A stretch of 64,000 nt of DNA from Candidatus Wirthbacteria bacterium (GCA_903889905.1 CAISZI010000042.1:6000-69999); one strand, 5' to 3'; counted from the stretch's first letter, positions 29,050 to 39,417 are shown. Numbers and translations are program-made. Notes: generated by a model from the sequence alone, not told the origin.

Positions 29050-29706
29050 CTAAAAATGAATCGGTTTACGGCCGACACGGAGGCGCTCGGCTTCGATGAT
29101 ATAACGCAGTTTCTCCGCAGCCAGGAATGCTTCCTCGTTGCTGTTGAGGATGAGGTAATCATAATATGGCAATTTGGTCATTTCGGTCTGGGCGATGGCA
29201 ACGCGTTTGTGCTGGCGTTCGGGTGACAAATCACCCCGTTGTTTGAGTCTTTTCTCCAGTTCTGCCTGGGATTCGGTGGTCAAAAAAACGAAAACCGCCT
29301 GCGGCATCATTTCTTTGAGCTTGGCAGCGCCCTGGGTTTCAATTTTGAGCACCACGTCACGGCCCGAATTGAGCGCCTTTTCCACTTGTTTTTTGGGTGT
29401 ACCATAGCGGTAATCAAAAAACTGCACCCACTCCAGAAAATCGTCACTCGCAATCAACTGGTCGAATTCAGCATCGCTGACAAAATGGTAATGTTCCCAG
29501 TCTATTTCATCACTGCGCTTGGGACGAGTGGTCACGGTCACGACATAGTGGAGATTGGTATAGGTTTTTTTTAGAATTCGCACCATCGTATCCTTGCCGG
29601 CTCCGCCAGGACCGGAAAGCACCACCAGGGCGCCCTGGGGACATTGATACTGATCGATGATCTGCCAGGCTGGTTCACGCATAATAGACAATCTAACTCC
29701 TTGCAA
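29050..29706 (-). CDS. gmk: Guanylate kinase
   Basis: SGPGGAGKDT, TTRPKR, YHFVS, FLEW, YGTP. Start may be the ATG at 29682. Confidence 0.95.
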   Translation of the reverse strand: MQGVRLSIMREPAWQIIDQYQCPQGALVVLSGPGGAGKDTMVRILKKTYTNLHYVVTVTTRPKRSDEIDWEHYHFVSDAEFDQLIASDDFLEWVQFFDYRYGTPKKQVEKALNSGRDVVLKIETQGAAKLKEMMPQAVFVFLTTESQAELEKRLKQRGDLSPERQHKRVAIAQTEMTKLPYYDYLILNSNEEAFLAAEKLRYIIEAERLRVGRKPIHF

Positions 29707-30192
29707 CTAAGGCTTGAGCAATGTTTTATGACTTTGAATAAAGTAATTATAGGCTAAAACCAGGATGCCGCCAACCAGGGCAGCGTCCGCTAAATTGAAC
29801 ACCGGCAACACACTGATGGCGATATAATCATAAACCGCATGATGCAGCAAACGGTCAATCAGATTACCGACAATTCCCCCCAGTACCAAGCCCAGCGCCA
29901 ACCGCATCACACGCTGCTCAAACACTTTCGGTTCGCGCCAAAACCATGCTCCCAGTAAAATCATCACGAACACGCCAAAAAATATATAGAAAGCATTACC
30001 ACCCAATTGCAATCCCAGCGCGGCGCCAGAATTAGTTGTAAAAGCGATTTTAATCCAGTTAATCGGCCCCAGCTCATGGTCGCCATTGCGCATATAAAAA
30101 AACACAGATTGTTTGGTAAACTGGTCTAAAAACAAAACCAGCAGGGCGACAATGCTGGTTTGCAAAAACTGCTCAACTTTGCTGACGTTCAA
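29707..30192 (-). CDS. lspA: Lipoprotein signal peptidase (signal peptidase II)
   Basis: DQFTK, NSGAALG, GNLIDR, VYDYI, FNLADA motifs. Confidence 0.93.
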   Translation of the reverse strand: MNVSKVEQFLQTSIVALLVLFLDQFTKQSVFFYMRNGDHELGPINWIKIAFTTNSGAALGLQLGGNAFYIFFGVFVMILLGAWFWREPKVFEQRVMRLALGLVLGGIVGNLIDRLLHHAVYDYIAISVLPVFNLADAALVGGILVLAYNYFIQSHKTLLKP

Positions 30193-30554
30193 CCATTCTC
30201 CTCAAGTTTACGTTTACAATTGATACAAAAACGTGCTGTGGGATTGATGTCAAGCCGTGCCGGGCTGATGGCGGCCTGGCAGGAATCACAAATGCCATAA
30301 CTGCCGGCATCACACTTGGACAGGGCTAGATCAATTTCCTTGAGGTAGTCCTGCAAACTGCCCGTCTGGGCAAAATTGATCTCCAGGAATGCCACCCGCT
30401 CCGCTTCATCATCCTGACCATGTGTTGGTGGCGGCGAGAAGCCAAGATCACCATCGTCGGCAGGATGTAAATCCTGCTTTTGCAGGAGTTTCACTGTCGC
30501 GCTACGTTCAACCATAAGGCGCTGCCTGATGATGGAAAGCGGCTGATTTTCCAT
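30189..30554 (-). CDS. TraR/DksA C4-type zinc finger protein
   Basis: EIDLALSK...GSYGICDSC...ISPARLDINPTARFCINC. Confidence 0.92.
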   Translation of the reverse strand: MENQPLSIIRQRLMVERSATVKLLQKQDLHPADDGDLGFSPPPTHGQDDEAERVAFLEINFAQTGSLQDYLKEIDLALSKCDAGSYGICDSCQAAISPARLDINPTARFCINCKRKLEENG

Positions 30555-30597
30555 AGCGCACCTGGATCAATAAATATAGGCAGAATTTAACAGAAAA

Positions 30598-31329
30598 TCA
30601 CGCTGGACGCAAAGATTTATGGACGCGGCCGATGCGGAACAAATCCTTCCACACCAGGACAGCATTGGCCATGGACGGCACAATGCGCGAATCCAGAGAA
30701 TTTTCCCAGTGAATCGGAATTTCCACCAAACCCAGTCCGGCCTGGCGGGCAATATAGAGCAGCTCAACATCAAACACGATACTGTTAAGAACCTGCTGGT
30801 TAAAAATCGTCTCAGCTGCGTGTGCCGTAAACAGTTTAAAGCCACACTGGCTGTCATGTATCTGGGGCAGGTAAAGTCGTTTGACCATGAAATTGAACAA
30901 CTTGCCGGCGACTTCGCGATAAAACGGCTGGTGCACCGTGATTTCACTCATTTTGAGCGCTCGTGAGCCCACCGCGACTTGTTCACCCGACACCAGTCCG
31001 GCAAATAGTTTTTCCACTTCCGTAATTGGTGTGGAGAGATCCGCGTCGGTAAACAATCGGAATTCACCTGCCGCGCGCAACATACCCTGGCGCACAACCG
31101 CACCCTTGCCCTGGTTGATTTTATTTTCCAGCAAACGCAATTGCGGGAACTGGTCAAGCTTGGCTTTCACGATCGCGCAAGTAGTGTCACTGGAACCATC
31201 ATCGACCACAATCACTTCGGCACTGTATGTCTGCGACTGCAGATAAGTCTGAATTTGCTCCAGGGTTTTGGGCAGCCGTGTCGCTTCATTGAACGTTGGG
31301 ATAACGATGGAAAGGTAGGGTTTGGGCAT
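30598..31329 (-). CDS. GT2 polyprenyl-phosphate glycosyltransferase (dolichyl-P glucosyltransferase-like)
   Basis: LSIVIPTFNE, VDDGSSD, NQGKG, FTDADLS, DSQCGFKLF. Start at ATG 31329. Confidence 0.92.
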   Translation of the reverse strand: MPKPYLSIVIPTFNEATRLPKTLEQIQTYLQSQTYSAEVIVVDDGSSDTTCAIVKAKLDQFPQLRLLENKINQGKGAVVRQGMLRAAGEFRLFTDADLSTPITEVEKLFAGLVSGEQVAVGSRALKMSEITVHQPFYREVAGKLFNFMVKRLYLPQIHDSQCGFKLFTAHAAETIFNQQVLNSIVFDVELLYIARQAGLGLVEIPIHWENSLDSRIVPSMANAVLVWKDLFRIGRVHKSLRPA

Positions 31330-31343
31330 GATTCGAGCTTTAA

Positions 31344-33347
31344 TTAGTTGGCCTGTAATATGATGAGCTGATCCTGGCTGAGCACGCCATCCATTGTCCA
31401 ACGACTCCCCTGCTTTTGCAAGGCCAAAAGACTTTGATTCGTCCAAACAGTGGCTTCCCCTGCTGTCAAATCAAAGTGAAAAGCATCACCCAGGATGGCT
31501 GGCTGATTGGGAATTGTTGGCGTACCCGCCTGTTTTTGAACCAGCAATTGATAGCCGCCAGTTGCGCTGACGGTAAAAGGCAGTTCATACTGCAGCGTGA
31601 CTTTCTGGGAGGACTTGACCGGGACTTTGACCACACCGCCGAACACGGTCTTTTCATTGGGCGTATCGGCAAGTTCGCTAAAAGTGGTCGGAGTGTCGCT
31701 ATAGCCGGTGGCTTTGACCAGTTGACTGCCTTTGGGCGTATAGACGCGCAGGTAAGTGGTGTAGGCACCACCGGGCCAGCCCCAGGTACTTTGATTATTG
31801 TAATTCAAAGTCAGCGTTGCCTGCAGTTTGGCATTCACTTCATTCACACTGTAACTGATAGTTTTGTCCACGAAAAAGTTGGCTTTATCAATGCCCAGAT
31901 TGGCATCCACGACCATCAGGTAGTCCTGCGGCGTAGGTTTGATGGCACCACACCAGTCGCGCGCACAATAATAAGCCTGCACGTCGGCGTTATTGGAAAA
32001 AAGTTGCAAATGCTTGGTATCGAGGTTGTCAAACACCAGCTTTACGACACTTTTGAGGCCATCGCCCTTGAGGGCATAAACACGATCCATGACGATTTTG
32101 CCCAAGACGCCGACAAAATCCTTGCGCGTCGACATGGTGGTGATGTTGTGCTCGACCTGGTACTGGATCTGGTAGACGACATTGGTGGAGTCAATCGTCA
32201 CATCATAGTCAGGTACTTTGATCGGCCCCACAAGCCGCACCAGATCTTCGATCACGCGTGGATCAACATAAATGATGCCATCCACTTTTTGTTTGGATTC
32301 AAACGTAAACATGTCGGAGATCAATTTGCTTGAAGTCGGAATATCCGGCCACCAGTTGGCGTCGCGCAAATGCAGATAAGGCGTGGACAGGAATTTAGCA
32401 ATGGGTTGAGGCGCGCGGTAACCGTATTTGTAGGCTTTGGGATCGTTGTCGATGGAATAGATGTCGTGGACAACCAGTGCACCAATTTTGCCATTTTCAA
32501 TCGTCAGCAGGCCATAATTCCCCCAAAACCCGCCCGCCGGGCGCAATTCGGTATTGTTTTGCACTACCAGCAGGTAAGTTTGCTGGGTATCTTTGGCAAA
32601 CAGGGTTGGGACAATTTTAAACAGGTCAGCTGCCTGCAGCAGATCGGCATTGATTTTCGTCAATTTTTCATCAAAGGTTACCAGCGCCGTGTGCAAAGAA
32701 CCCATCACTTTTTGGCTTTCCAGATCCTGAAGCTGCAGCTGTGCCGCTTTAAAACTGGTTTGCGTATCCGTTATGGCTGTCTGAACGCCGTCCAGTTGGG
32801 ACATCAAATGCTCACCAAAATTGCCGATACCAACCGAATCCGGACTGAGCTGCCCACTCTCGACGGTACCATTGGTGACGACACTAAGGTCACCAAATGC
32901 TGGTTCAATAGCGTCCAGTAAATGGTTTGTACTGATCAAGACAGACTGGGAAGTCGCAATCAGCTTGTCCGCCACGGCAAAATTTTCCTTCTCACCGGGA
33001 AAATCGCTCAACCAGCGCAACTGCTGCAAAGGCTGATTCACGCGCTGCAACTGCGACTGCAACCGTGTCACGAGCGAACGAATGCTGGCAAAATCCGCCG
33101 ACGACAGTGAAAAGGTCATGCCGCTCATATCAGCCTTGAGCGCATTGGCCTGTACCTGCAAATCGAGTGCCGGTGTAATTACCTGCAGCCAAAGGACAAT
33201 GCCGGACAAAGTCAGCAATAAAACGCCACCCAGCGCGGCAAGGCTGATTTTGGCCAGACGACGCCGTATCCGTTTCGCCGCGGGATTTTGCGGCCGGGTA
33301 AATTCAACTTCTCTAAAAACAATGGTGCGAGGGTTACGAATGGCCAT
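31344..33347 (-). CDS. DUF4012 domain-containing membrane-anchored protein
   Basis: N-terminal TM, coiled region, QNNTELRPAGGFWG, RDANWWPD, RKDFVG, DANLGIDKAN, YLRVYTP. Confidence 0.88.
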   Translation of the reverse strand: MAIRNPRTIVFREVEFTRPQNPAAKRIRRRLAKISLAALGGVLLLTLSGIVLWLQVITPALDLQVQANALKADMSGMTFSLSSADFASIRSLVTRLQSQLQRVNQPLQQLRWLSDFPGEKENFAVADKLIATSQSVLISTNHLLDAIEPAFGDLSVVTNGTVESGQLSPDSVGIGNFGEHLMSQLDGVQTAITDTQTSFKAAQLQLQDLESQKVMGSLHTALVTFDEKLTKINADLLQAADLFKIVPTLFAKDTQQTYLLVVQNNTELRPAGGFWGNYGLLTIENGKIGALVVHDIYSIDNDPKAYKYGYRAPQPIAKFLSTPYLHLRDANWWPDIPTSSKLISDMFTFESKQKVDGIIYVDPRVIEDLVRLVGPIKVPDYDVTIDSTNVVYQIQYQVEHNITTMSTRKDFVGVLGKIVMDRVYALKGDGLKSVVKLVFDNLDTKHLQLFSNNADVQAYYCARDWCGAIKPTPQDYLMVVDANLGIDKANFFVDKTISYSVNEVNAKLQATLTLNYNNQSTWGWPGGAYTTYLRVYTPKGSQLVKATGYSDTPTTFSELADTPNEKTVFGGVVKVPVKSSQKVTLQYELPFTVSATGGYQLLVQKQAGTPTIPNQPAILGDAFHFDLTAGEATVWTNQSLLALQKQGSRWTMDGVLSQDQLIILQAN

Positions 33348-33352
33348 AATAA

Positions 33353-34318
33353 TCAGTTTACCGTTGATTTAACAGACGATGGCTGCGCTTTAACAAAAGG
33401 CAAACGCCGGCGCAGCATTTCGCTCATGAAATGCAACCAGACACCAAAACGAATCAATAAATTGGCAATGGAATAATTGTGGCCGGCGAAATATTTGTCA
33501 TAAAAAAGCGTCATGGCGTGGTGGAATTCCTTGACCATGAGCGGCGGCTGGCGGCGATTGCTGCTGGCACCCTTGTAATGGATGATCGAAACATCCGGGT
33601 GATACACAATTTTGAAACCGGCCTGTCGAATACGATAACACCAGTCGAGGTCTTCGCCATACATAAAAAACTGCTCGTCCAGCATGCCAACCTCAAGCAA
33701 AACTTCGCGTGGTAAAAACATAAAGGCGCCAACAATCGCATCGACATCATACGTTTTATTCTCATCGAGGTAGGTCAAATTATACCGGGCAAAAAAACGG
33801 CTTTTGGGAAAAAGTCGTGAAAAACCCGTAATTTTCCAAAATGCCACCCAGGGAGTCGGAAAAGACCGGCGGCAAGCCAGGTCAAGGGTTCCGTCTTGGA
33901 GTAAAACTTTGCATGTAAGCGCACCAATTCCCGGATTGAGTCCCAGGTATCGGATACAGCTGCCAAAAACCCCTTGCTTCACCACCGTGTCAGAATTAAG
34001 CAGCAGGACAAAGTCGCCGCCAACCTGCCTGAGGGCCTGATTATTGGCCTTGGCAAAACCGACATTGACGCGATTGGCAATCAGTTTCACCTGGGGAAAA
34101 TCCCTCTGCACCATGGCCACACTCTCGTCCAGCGACGCATTGTCCACCACAAACACTTCCAGTTTGAGCGGTGAACCCTCGGCAAAGACGGAACGCAAAC
34201 AATCCTGCAGGATTTTACAGGTATTGTAGCTGACAATGACGATCGATAATTGGGTCTGGGGCATCTTTGTTTTTAAAATTTGTTTACGAATAAACCCGCT
34301 AAACCGAACAGCATTCAT
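33353..34318 (-). CDS. GT2 glycosyltransferase (WbbL-like rhamnosyltransferase type)
   Basis: SIVIVSYN, VDNAS, NVGFAKANN, LLNSD, FFMYGEDLDWC. Confidence 0.9.
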   Translation of the reverse strand: MNAVRFSGFIRKQILKTKMPQTQLSIVIVSYNTCKILQDCLRSVFAEGSPLKLEVFVVDNASLDESVAMVQRDFPQVKLIANRVNVGFAKANNQALRQVGGDFVLLLNSDTVVKQGVFGSCIRYLGLNPGIGALTCKVLLQDGTLDLACRRSFPTPWVAFWKITGFSRLFPKSRFFARYNLTYLDENKTYDVDAIVGAFMFLPREVLLEVGMLDEQFFMYGEDLDWCYRIRQAGFKIVYHPDVSIIHYKGASSNRRQPPLMVKEFHHAMTLFYDKYFAGHNYSIANLLIRFGVWLHFMSEMLRRRLPFVKAQPSSVKSTVN

Positions 34319-35657
34319 GGTAATAATTCAAAATCGCCTTGGCGATCTTTTTGGGATCGTGGTAAAGACTGCCACTTTTGCCTTCTTTGCCGCCCACGGT
34401 GGCTTCCAGGAATTCCCCTTCGACGATTTTATAACCCATTGCTTTGGCCATGGCGACATCATATTGGACGAAAGAATAGCCATCGTATTCGGGGGTGGCC
34501 GGGATCGGCAGGCTCTGATCTTTGTTGACAAAAATGTAGTCAAAACACTGCTCCGCGCCGTGACGTTTGAACGCTTCAATAAAATCGGCAAGTTCAAAAC
34601 CACGTGTTTCGTAGGGCTTGTTGGCAACGTTCAGCACATACGCCTTAAAGGCCTGACTGTGTTTGATTTCAGCCACCACTTCCGGAAAAATGAGTGACGC
34701 CAAAATCGTGGTATACAAATCACCCGGCCCCAGGATGATCACATCGGCCTTACGAATTGCTTCCAGGACGCGCGGATTGGCGGGGACGTCTTTGGGTTCG
34801 CACCAGATTTTTTCCAGCACTTTGCCACCTTCGTACTTGCCCAGGTCAATATTTTCCTCACCACTCACCTCAACCCCATCGCGTGTACTTGCATGCAAAA
34901 AAACATTTTCGAGTGTTACCGGTAAAACTTCACCACGCACCGCAAAAATCCGGCTTGCTGCAGCAATGGCCGTGTTCAAATCGCCCGTAATATCTGCCAG
35001 CGCGGCAAATAGCAGATTACCCACTTTATGCCCGCCCAGGTCATTATCAGAGCCGTAACGGTCACCTTTGAAACGGTACACGAGCAGTTCCTTCATCAGC
35101 TCTTCCATATCCGACAGAGCCACGATGTTGGAAACGATGTCACCCAGCGGCGGGATCCCCAGGCTGCGCCGGAGTCGACCGGCACTTCCGCCATCGTCTG
35201 TCATGTGCACCACAACAGAAATACGGCCAGCGTGTTCTTTGAGCCCACGCACCAACTGCGCCGTACCAATGCCGCCACCGATCACCACGATGCGCGGCCC
35301 CTGAACTCGTTTTTGGTAACTTTGCAATTGGTCGGCAAGATTGCCATCGGTTTGGCGAAACGGCGCCAGCACGTGCATCAGCACTTCCTGCAACGACCAC
35401 AGCACAATGCCCAAACCCACTGCTGTCAGGATGACAAAACGCCAGACATGCGGCACAAATTGCAGAGTAACAAAATAAATCAGATGCTGAAACTGGCCAT
35501 TGAAATAGACATGGCGATAGATCCAGACCAGGAGATAGGCAAAACCGATCGCCAGGATGGTCACGCCAAGCCCAACAACCAACAGCAGGTTTTTGAATTT
35601 CCAAACCAGACGCAGTGAATTTCTGATCCGTGCCGTCAAGTAATTATGCCCCGTCAA
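34299..35657 (-). CDS. yvcK: YvcK/CofD-family UDP-GlcNAc-binding protein with N-terminal TM helices
   Basis: VIGGGIG, DDGGSAGRLR, PPLGDI, GHKVGNL, GPGDLYTTI, HDPKK. Exact start uncertain. Confidence 0.9.
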   Translation of the reverse strand: MTGHNYLTARIRNSLRLVWKFKNLLLVVGLGVTILAIGFAYLLVWIYRHVYFNGQFQHLIYFVTLQFVPHVWRFVILTAVGLGIVLWSLQEVLMHVLAPFRQTDGNLADQLQSYQKRVQGPRIVVIGGGIGTAQLVRGLKEHAGRISVVVHMTDDGGSAGRLRRSLGIPPLGDIVSNIVALSDMEELMKELLVYRFKGDRYGSDNDLGGHKVGNLLFAALADITGDLNTAIAAASRIFAVRGEVLPVTLENVFLHASTRDGVEVSGEENIDLGKYEGGKVLEKIWCEPKDVPANPRVLEAIRKADVIILGPGDLYTTILASLIFPEVVAEIKHSQAFKAYVLNVANKPYETRGFELADFIEAFKRHGAEQCFDYIFVNKDQSLPIPATPEYDGYSFVQYDVAMAKAMGYKIVEGEFLEATVGGKEGKSGSLYHDPKKIAKAILNYYHECCSV

Positions 35658-35780
35658 AAACGAAGTTCAAAGTAGAGAGATTGTAACAAAGCTGGCAGCT
35701 AAACACAAAAAGACATCGATAGCAAAAAAGAATGCTTACCCGCGGCTAACATTCTTTTTGGCTTAAGAAAAAGCAGCAAC

Positions 35781-36179
35781 TTAGGCTGACTTAACCCGGT
35801 CAAAGACAAAAATTCTCAGTAACGTATAGGAAACCAGCGCCAGTGGGAAAACGAGGATAAATTGCGAGAGATAGGCATTTGGAATCCAATGGTGTATGAG
35901 CCTGAGGCAAATAATGTCGATCACATAATAAACTGCATAAACGCCAAAAAAACGGAGGATCAGACGATTGCTTTGGTTTTTGAACACCAGGGCACCAGTT
36001 GTTTTGAAATTAAACATCACCCCAATGATGGTTGAGAACAACACAGCCAGGAAATCAGGCAAGCCCAAACGTGTAAATAACGCATACATGACATAGCCAA
36101 ATGCTGTGTTCAGGAGGCCCACGAACAAAAACTTCACAAAACGAAGACGAAAAAACCGCACAAGCTTGTCTCTAGTCAA
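35781..36179 (-). CDS. GtrA-family lipid-linked sugar flippase
   Basis: 132 aa, 4 TM helices, KFLFVGLLNT N-terminal motif, ends IFVF. Confidence 0.9.
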   Translation of the reverse strand: MTRDKLVRFFRLRFVKFLFVGLLNTAFGYVMYALFTRLGLPDFLAVLFSTIIGVMFNFKTTGALVFKNQSNRLILRFFGVYAVYYVIDIICLRLIHHWIPNAYLSQFILVFPLALVSYTLLRIFVFDRVKSA

Positions 36180-37122
36180 AATTAATCCTTTCTTTTTCGA
36201 TTACCAGCGGACGCTTGCGCACCTGAAAGTGGATAGCACTGATATATTCGCCGATCAGACCCAGAAACAACAACTGCACGCCAGAAAAGAAAAACAAGGC
36301 GATCACGATCGTCGCAATCCCTGGAGAAGCAAATTTCTGGTAAAAAACCAGATTAAAGAAAAACTGGATTACCGCGTAGGAAAAGCTAAGAAAAGCAATA
36401 ATAACACCAAACAGCATACAAAGCCTCAGCGGTGCATTGGAAACTGAAACGAGACCATTAAGGCCCAAATCCATCATCACCAGCAGGTTGCCCTTGGCTT
36501 TGCCTTTGTCACGGCGCAGGTGGGAGTAATTCAACCCAATCGCATCAAAGCCGCATTGTGCAATCAACCCTCGGGTATAGGGGTAGTAATCGTCAAACTG
36601 GCGCAGGGAATTTAAGACGACCTTGTCCAGCAGCTGAAAATCGCCAACGTCTTTGGGGATTTCCACTTCCGATAGTTTTCCCAACACCCGGTAATAAATC
36701 TTGCGAAGATTCTTGATCAGGAACTTTTCGGCACGCTGCGCACGGATGCCGTAGACAACCTTGTATCCTTCTTCCCATTTCTTCACGAACTCCGGAATAA
36801 TGGCAGGCGGATCTTGCAAATCAGCCGCGATCGTGAAAACCACTGCATCGCCTTGCGCGCTCATGAGGCCATTAAAACCCGAACGGGATGCGCCAAAGTT
36901 ACGGGAATTCAGAATAACTTTGACATGTTTGTCTTTGGCCGCCAGGCCGCGTAATAGCGCGGCGGTATTATCCAGCGAAGCATTGTCACAAAAAATATGT
37001 TCATAGTCGTATTGCGGCAGTTGCTTGTCAAATACCTGTTTGACCGCCGCATAACAATCTGCCACGTTCTCCTGTTCATTGTAAACAGGAGTAATGATGC
37101 TGATCAATCGACGCTGTGCCAT
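36172..37122 (-). CDS. GtrB/ArnC-like GT2 polyprenyl-phosphate glycosyltransferase
   Basis: PVYNEQEN, SRNFG, ADLQDPP, GDFQLLD, two C-terminal TM helices, LGLIGEYI...RP. Confidence 0.92.
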   Translation of the reverse strand: MAQRRLISIITPVYNEQENVADCYAAVKQVFDKQLPQYDYEHIFCDNASLDNTAALLRGLAAKDKHVKVILNSRNFGASRSGFNGLMSAQGDAVVFTIAADLQDPPAIIPEFVKKWEEGYKVVYGIRAQRAEKFLIKNLRKIYYRVLGKLSEVEIPKDVGDFQLLDKVVLNSLRQFDDYYPYTRGLIAQCGFDAIGLNYSHLRRDKGKAKGNLLVMMDLGLNGLVSVSNAPLRLCMLFGVIIAFLSFSYAVIQFFFNLVFYQKFASPGIATIVIALFFFSGVQLLFLGLIGEYISAIHFQVRKRPLVIEKERINFD

Positions 37123-37131
37123 CCGGTTGCC

Positions 37132-38238
37132 TTAGTATTTAAGTTGAGCGAGCAGCAAATCACAAACAAAATCAATGTCAGCTTTGTCGAGATTCAATGC
37201 TGCTGGCAACGAAATGCCTCTCTTTTCGACACTCAAAGCCACGGGATTAGGGAAACGCTGTTCGTGCACTGGGAACCGGCTCATTTGGGGAAACCCTGGC
37301 CTGGCATGGATATTGTTAGCCTTAAAAGTCTTCAAGATTTCGTCACGATTGGTCGTGATCGAGTCTTCGAGCAGGATGGACGGATAGGTGTAGATACTGC
37401 GATTGCCAGCTTTTTCACGGATCATTTTGATCCCTCGGACATCACCCAGACGCGCTTCGTACCACTTAAAATAGTTACGTTTCATCTCGATCAATTCTTC
37501 AATGCGTTCCACCTGAGAAAGGGCCAGGGCCGCGGTCAGGTTGGCGATGGTGTACTGGTATCCCAAAGAATCAGACCAAAAAATAGCCTGAGAATCGGTG
37601 CGTCCCATGGATGAAAGCAGCTGGGCTTTTTTGAACAGTTCTTCATTGTTGGTCACCAATATACCACCTTCGCCGCTCGCGGCGATCTTGGCGCCCTGAA
37701 AGCTGAAGCAACCAATATCTCCAAACGTCCCGACTTTTTGGCCCTGAAATTCAGCACCCAGCGAAGGCGCAGCATCTTCAATTACTTTTAAATTATGTTC
37801 TCGGGCGATCGCCATAATCTCGTCCATCTGGGCGGGATTTCCAAAAGTGTGCACCAACATGATGGCTTTTGTTTTGGGGGTGATCGCTTTTTTGATGGCT
37901 GCGGGATCAATGCACCAGGAGTCGGGTTCAATGTCCACAAAAACTGGTGTCGCACCGGTATAATCAATCGCATACGACGTGGCTACCCAACTGAAATCGG
38001 TACAAATCACTTCATCCCCAGCCTTCAAGTCAAGCGTGGCGCAGGCTAAATGCAAAGCCAGCGTACAACAATGGGTTGCAATCGCGTATTTCGTGCCAAT
38101 GTAATCACACACGGCTTTTTCCAATTTTTTGGTATGCTGATCATAAGTTTCATAAAAACCATTGATAGTGCCATCAATCACATAATCAATTTCTTTTTGC
38201 GTGATGGAAGGACCGGCGAATGCAATCTTTTTAGCCAT
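37132..38238 (-). CDS. DegT/DnrJ/EryC1/StrS nucleotide-sugar aminotransferase
   Basis: GDEVI, GATPVFVD, IEDAA, SFQGAK (catalytic Lys), GEGG. Confidence 0.93.
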   Translation of the reverse strand: MAKKIAFAGPSITQKEIDYVIDGTINGFYETYDQHTKKLEKAVCDYIGTKYAIATHCCTLALHLACATLDLKAGDEVICTDFSWVATSYAIDYTGATPVFVDIEPDSWCIDPAAIKKAITPKTKAIMLVHTFGNPAQMDEIMAIAREHNLKVIEDAAPSLGAEFQGQKVGTFGDIGCFSFQGAKIAASGEGGILVTNNEELFKKAQLLSSMGRTDSQAIFWSDSLGYQYTIANLTAALALSQVERIEELIEMKRNYFKWYEARLGDVRGIKMIREKAGNRSIYTYPSILLEDSITTNRDEILKTFKANNIHARPGFPQMSRFPVHEQRFPNPVALSVEKRGISLPAALNLDKADIDFVCDLLLAQLKY

Positions 38239-38247
38239 GATAACCTC

Positions 38248-39417
38248 TTATAATTTAATTTTGCTTAATTTGGCACAAGCCTGGTCAATGACTTTTTCGT
38301 CTTTACCAAAGCAGAATCGCACAAAGTTATCCCCCATGGCATCGTGATAAAAAGCGTTGCCAGGGACAGTCGCGACACCCGTTTGACGCAAGAGATTCAT
38401 GGCTCGGTCTTTCCCGTCTTTTCCCGCAATCTTGCTGACATCTGCCAGGATATAATAGGCGCCCTGCGGAACAAACGGGGTCAAACCAATATCAGTTAAA
38501 GTTGAACAGAGTTGGTCTCTGATCGCCCCAAAGCGGTGACTGATCTGCTGATAATACTCCTCGCTGAGGTGATTGATTCCACTGACGACGCCCATTTGCA
38601 GCGGTGACGGGGCACAGACATAGACCAGATCATTGATAAAACCAATTGTCTCTTTCCACTTTGCATCGCACAAACAATACCCAATGCGCCAGCCCGTGAT
38701 GCTGTAGGCCTTAGAATAGCCGGAAATGGTGATTGTCCTGTCCTGAATGCGAGGATCCGTTGCCGGGCTGATGTGCTTGTGTTTATCATAAACAAAATAC
38801 TCGTAGATTTCATCGGTGAAGATGAACAAATCATGCCGGATACAAAAATCCGCCAGCAAATCCAGTTCCGCCTGACTAAAAACTTTGCCACAGGGATTGG
38901 CAGGGGTGTTGATCATGATGGCTTTGGTATGTGGTGTGATGACTGCTTCCAAAGCTTGAAGGCTGAAAGTCCAGTCTGGCGGATGCATGCGCACGAAGAC
39001 AGGGACAGCCCCGGCCGCCGCAAGGGTATTGATGTGATAGCCATAGTAAGGCTCAAAGATAATAACCTCATCGCCGTCATTGAGGAGCGCCAGACAGGCA
39101 GAATAAAACGCCCCTGTCGCGCCACCCGAGACGATCACATTCTTCTCGGGATCGACTTTGAGGTGGTTAAAACTTTCGCATTTGCGCGCAATGGCTTCGC
39201 GAATTTCAGGCAGCCCATCGTACCGGGTATAAAAATTATACCCAGCTTCGATGGCGTCATGGGCGCCCTTTTTGACAATTTCCGGAACGTCCATGTCACA
39301 GACGCCCTGGGAAAGATTGATCCCTCCCATGGCATCACATTCGATCGACATGTTGCGGATTTCGGATTGCACCAGAAGTTCGGAACGCCTGCTGATCGTC
39401 AGTTTGGAATTAGTCAT
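38248..39417 (-). CDS. Class I/II PLP-dependent aminotransferase
   Basis: INLSQG, NTPANPCGKV, TDEIYE, SKAYSITGWRIG. Start ATG 39417 overlaps the GNAT stop. Confidence 0.93.
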   Translation of the reverse strand: MTNSKLTISRRSELLVQSEIRNMSIECDAMGGINLSQGVCDMDVPEIVKKGAHDAIEAGYNFYTRYDGLPEIREAIARKCESFNHLKVDPEKNVIVSGGATGAFYSACLALLNDGDEVIIFEPYYGYHINTLAAAGAVPVFVRMHPPDWTFSLQALEAVITPHTKAIMINTPANPCGKVFSQAELDLLADFCIRHDLFIFTDEIYEYFVYDKHKHISPATDPRIQDRTITISGYSKAYSITGWRIGYCLCDAKWKETIGFINDLVYVCAPSPLQMGVVSGINHLSEEYYQQISHRFGAIRDQLCSTLTDIGLTPFVPQGAYYILADVSKIAGKDGKDRAMNLLRQTGVATVPGNAFYHDAMGDNFVRFCFGKDEKVIDQACAKLSKIKL

